A DNA stretch of 26,472 bases. Source: a virus. Its lineage: Duplodnaviria > Caudoviricetes. Under the pieces are notes generated by a model. The model saw only the letters and a list, made by a program, of their open reading frames with translations, was not told where the DNA came from and searched no databases. A program made the position numbers and the translations under genes. This document shows positions 24,942 to 26,472 of the stretch, in pieces. The stretch covers positions 1 through 26,472 of IMG/VR virus record IMGVR_UViG_3300038393_000298; one strand, written 5' to 3'. The first letter of the stretch is position 1. Every line of letters begins with the position of its first letter.

Positions 24942-25640
24942 TTGGGTAAACTGAACAAATCGCGAATCGAAGAACTGGCTGTAATGTACTACGACATTAT
25001 GTGTGGAGGGCCAGGCGATAAGAATGTGATTACTTACGAACTGTTTACCATGTATCAACCCTACATACAGCACAAAGCAGAGCAGGCATCGAAAGAAACG
25101 GGGATTGATAGTGCAGAGTTTGAATCTTGTCTCAGCGTGAAGGTTTGGACAGCATTGGAAAAGTGGAATAAGGATGGAGGAGCAACATTCTACACTTATC
25201 TGCGAAGGATCCAAAACATAGAGATAGCTAAGGTGATTAGAGATGAGAAGTCGAAGAACTCCAACGAGGTTCATACAGAAGAGTTAATGAAGACAAAATC
25301 TGATTTCGTTAATAACGACGGTTTTCAGCAGATAGATAATACCAACGATGTTGGACTTATAGAAATGAGTTGTAACATAGATAATGAGGATTTAGATCGC
25401 GAACTCATAAGAAAAGACCAGCGGCAACTGGTCAGTGATTTGGTGAGAGGTTCCGGCAAGAACGCTCCCAAAGTTGAACCGATTGTTAGTGTGTTTTTAA
25501 ACGGTGATGTTACTTCTCTACAAGACGTTGGCGACGTTCTTGGAGAGTCTAAGCAAACGGTAAGTAATCGGCTTAAATCTCTTCGAAAAGTGTTTGGCGA
25601 ACACGACTTCGGATCAATCAGAGATTATTACGTTGCTTAG
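24942..25640 (+). CDS. Phage sigma-70-like transcription factor
   Basis: Region-2-like LSVKVWTALEKWNKDGGATFYTYLRRI and region-4 HTH SLQDVGDVLGESKQTVSNRLKSL. Confidence 0.7.
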   Translation: MGKLNKSRIEELAVMYYDIMCGGPGDKNVITYELFTMYQPYIQHKAEQASKETGIDSAEFESCLSVKVWTALEKWNKDGGATFYTYLRRIQNIEIAKVIRDEKSKNSNEVHTEELMKTKSDFVNNDGFQQIDNTNDVGLIEMSCNIDNEDLDRELIRKDQRQLVSDLVRGSGKNAPKVEPIVSVFLNGDVTSLQDVGDVLGESKQTVSNRLKSLRKVFGEHDFGSIRDYYVA

Positions 25641-25652
25641 GTTATAGGTTAA

Positions 25653-25687
25653 CGGTGTGTGGCGCTTAGGCATTGCGTCATACACCG
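25653..25687 (+). other. 13-bp RNA hairpin downstream of the sigma-like gene
   Basis: CGGTGTGTGGCGC-TTAGGCATT-GCGTCATACACCG with two G-U pairs on the + strand; no U-tract. Confidence 0.5.
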
Positions 25688-26023
25688 ACCCTAATAATAT
25701 TATACCACGGTTTCGTGGTTACTATACGTGAAGGTAAAAATTACTAATGTAGTAGTTTTGTTTAACTATGCCTGTTTACAATGTAATCATTTAGTACACT
25801 TCTAATTTAGTATATTTTACGATGAATTGTCAATATCAAAACACACAATTTACCATATTTTAATCGACAATTAATGCCTTTTTAACGCAAGAAATCAGCT
25901 TACCACTATAGAAATAGTGTATATCTTGAGTTGGTAGTACGCTATAAAAGTACTTATATCGTACTACGAACGCTAGATAATTACTAAAAACGGCGTTCGC
26001 ATTAACTTATACGGAGGGATTGC

Positions 26024-26472
26024 ATGAGTTATAAAAAAGGCGCAGCAGCACTTGGAGCATTAACGCAACAAAACGGAGGTGGAAATAAATCCGAGATTAC
26101 TTCGTTCAAATCCGGCACCACATTGAAAGTGCGCGTAAAAGGTACGGAAGATTTGCTTCAGTACTACAACTACGGAGTGTTCAAAAAAGTTAACTCGTTT
26201 GTTCCGAAGAATCCAGCTACTCGTAACGAAAAGGGGTTCATCATCGGTAATCCTACTCCGTGGGATCAGGCTTCGCAGTACTACTTTGATTTAGCGAAGA
26301 AAGCTTCTAGTGATACGGAAGCCGAGAAGTTAAAAGTAGAAGGCAGAAAGTACAAAGCGTCTGAAAAGTTCTTAATGGGATTCTTCGACTTAGAGCAAGG
26401 AAAAGACATTGTTGTAGATTTAACGAAAGCTCAGGCGCAGGCCGTATATGCAACTATCCTGGAATACGAAAA
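26024..26472 (+). CDS. Putative phage single-stranded DNA-binding protein (3'-truncated)
   Basis: Absent from the ORF track. SD GGAGG; MSYKKGAAALGAL...FKSGTTLKVRVKG...FLMGFFDLEQGKDIVVDLTKAQA, open to the window end. Position and pattern resemble gp32-like SSBs of Bacillus phages. Confidence 0.55.
   Translation, partial: MSYKKGAAALGALTQQNGGGNKSEITSFKSGTTLKVRVKGTEDLLQYYNYGVFKKVNSFVPKNPATRNEKGFIIGNPTPWDQASQYYFDLAKKASSDTEAEKLKVEGRKYKASEKFLMGFFDLEQGKDIVVDLTKAQAQAVYATILEYE

Overview
A 26.5-kb segment of a tailed, temperate Bacillales phage that looks like a phage-plasmid. The host is probably a spore-forming Paenibacillaceae-like organism, inferred from the sigma-A-type promoters, Spo0A boxes, strong Shine-Dalgarno sites and the lysin C-terminal domain. 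From left to right: (1) the end of the tail module, comprising a 5'-truncated very large modular fibre/RBP, a DUF4376-like chaperone, a small gene interrupted by an in-frame TGA, a Prophage_tail spike protein, and a tail protein fusing a papain-like protease with FN3-like domains; (2) a lysis cassette (holin-like, Amidase_2 endolysin, holin); (3) an accessory operon encoding an RHH protein, a VirB2/TrbC-like membrane protein, a membrane-anchored M23 peptidase, two micro-ORFs and an 804-aa VirD4/HerA-like ATPase; (4) a plasmid-maintenance module with an HTH Rep carrying internal iterons, a putative antisense copy-control RNA, and ParA plus an RHH partner with palindromic parS-like sites; (5) an XRE repressor and a lytic replication module (HTH initiator, DnaC-like loader, GIY-YIG, DnaB-like helicase, primase, second XRE, sigma-like factor, partial SSB-like gene). 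No integrase, tRNA, rRNA or CRISPR array was seen. The top candidate is the 70-codon tail-region gene whose internal UGA is followed by a bacterial SECIS-like hairpin, a possible phage-encoded selenoprotein. Next is the relaxase-less, T4SS-like mini-module behind a sigma-K-like promoter. All family calls come from motifs read by eye; no database searches were run.
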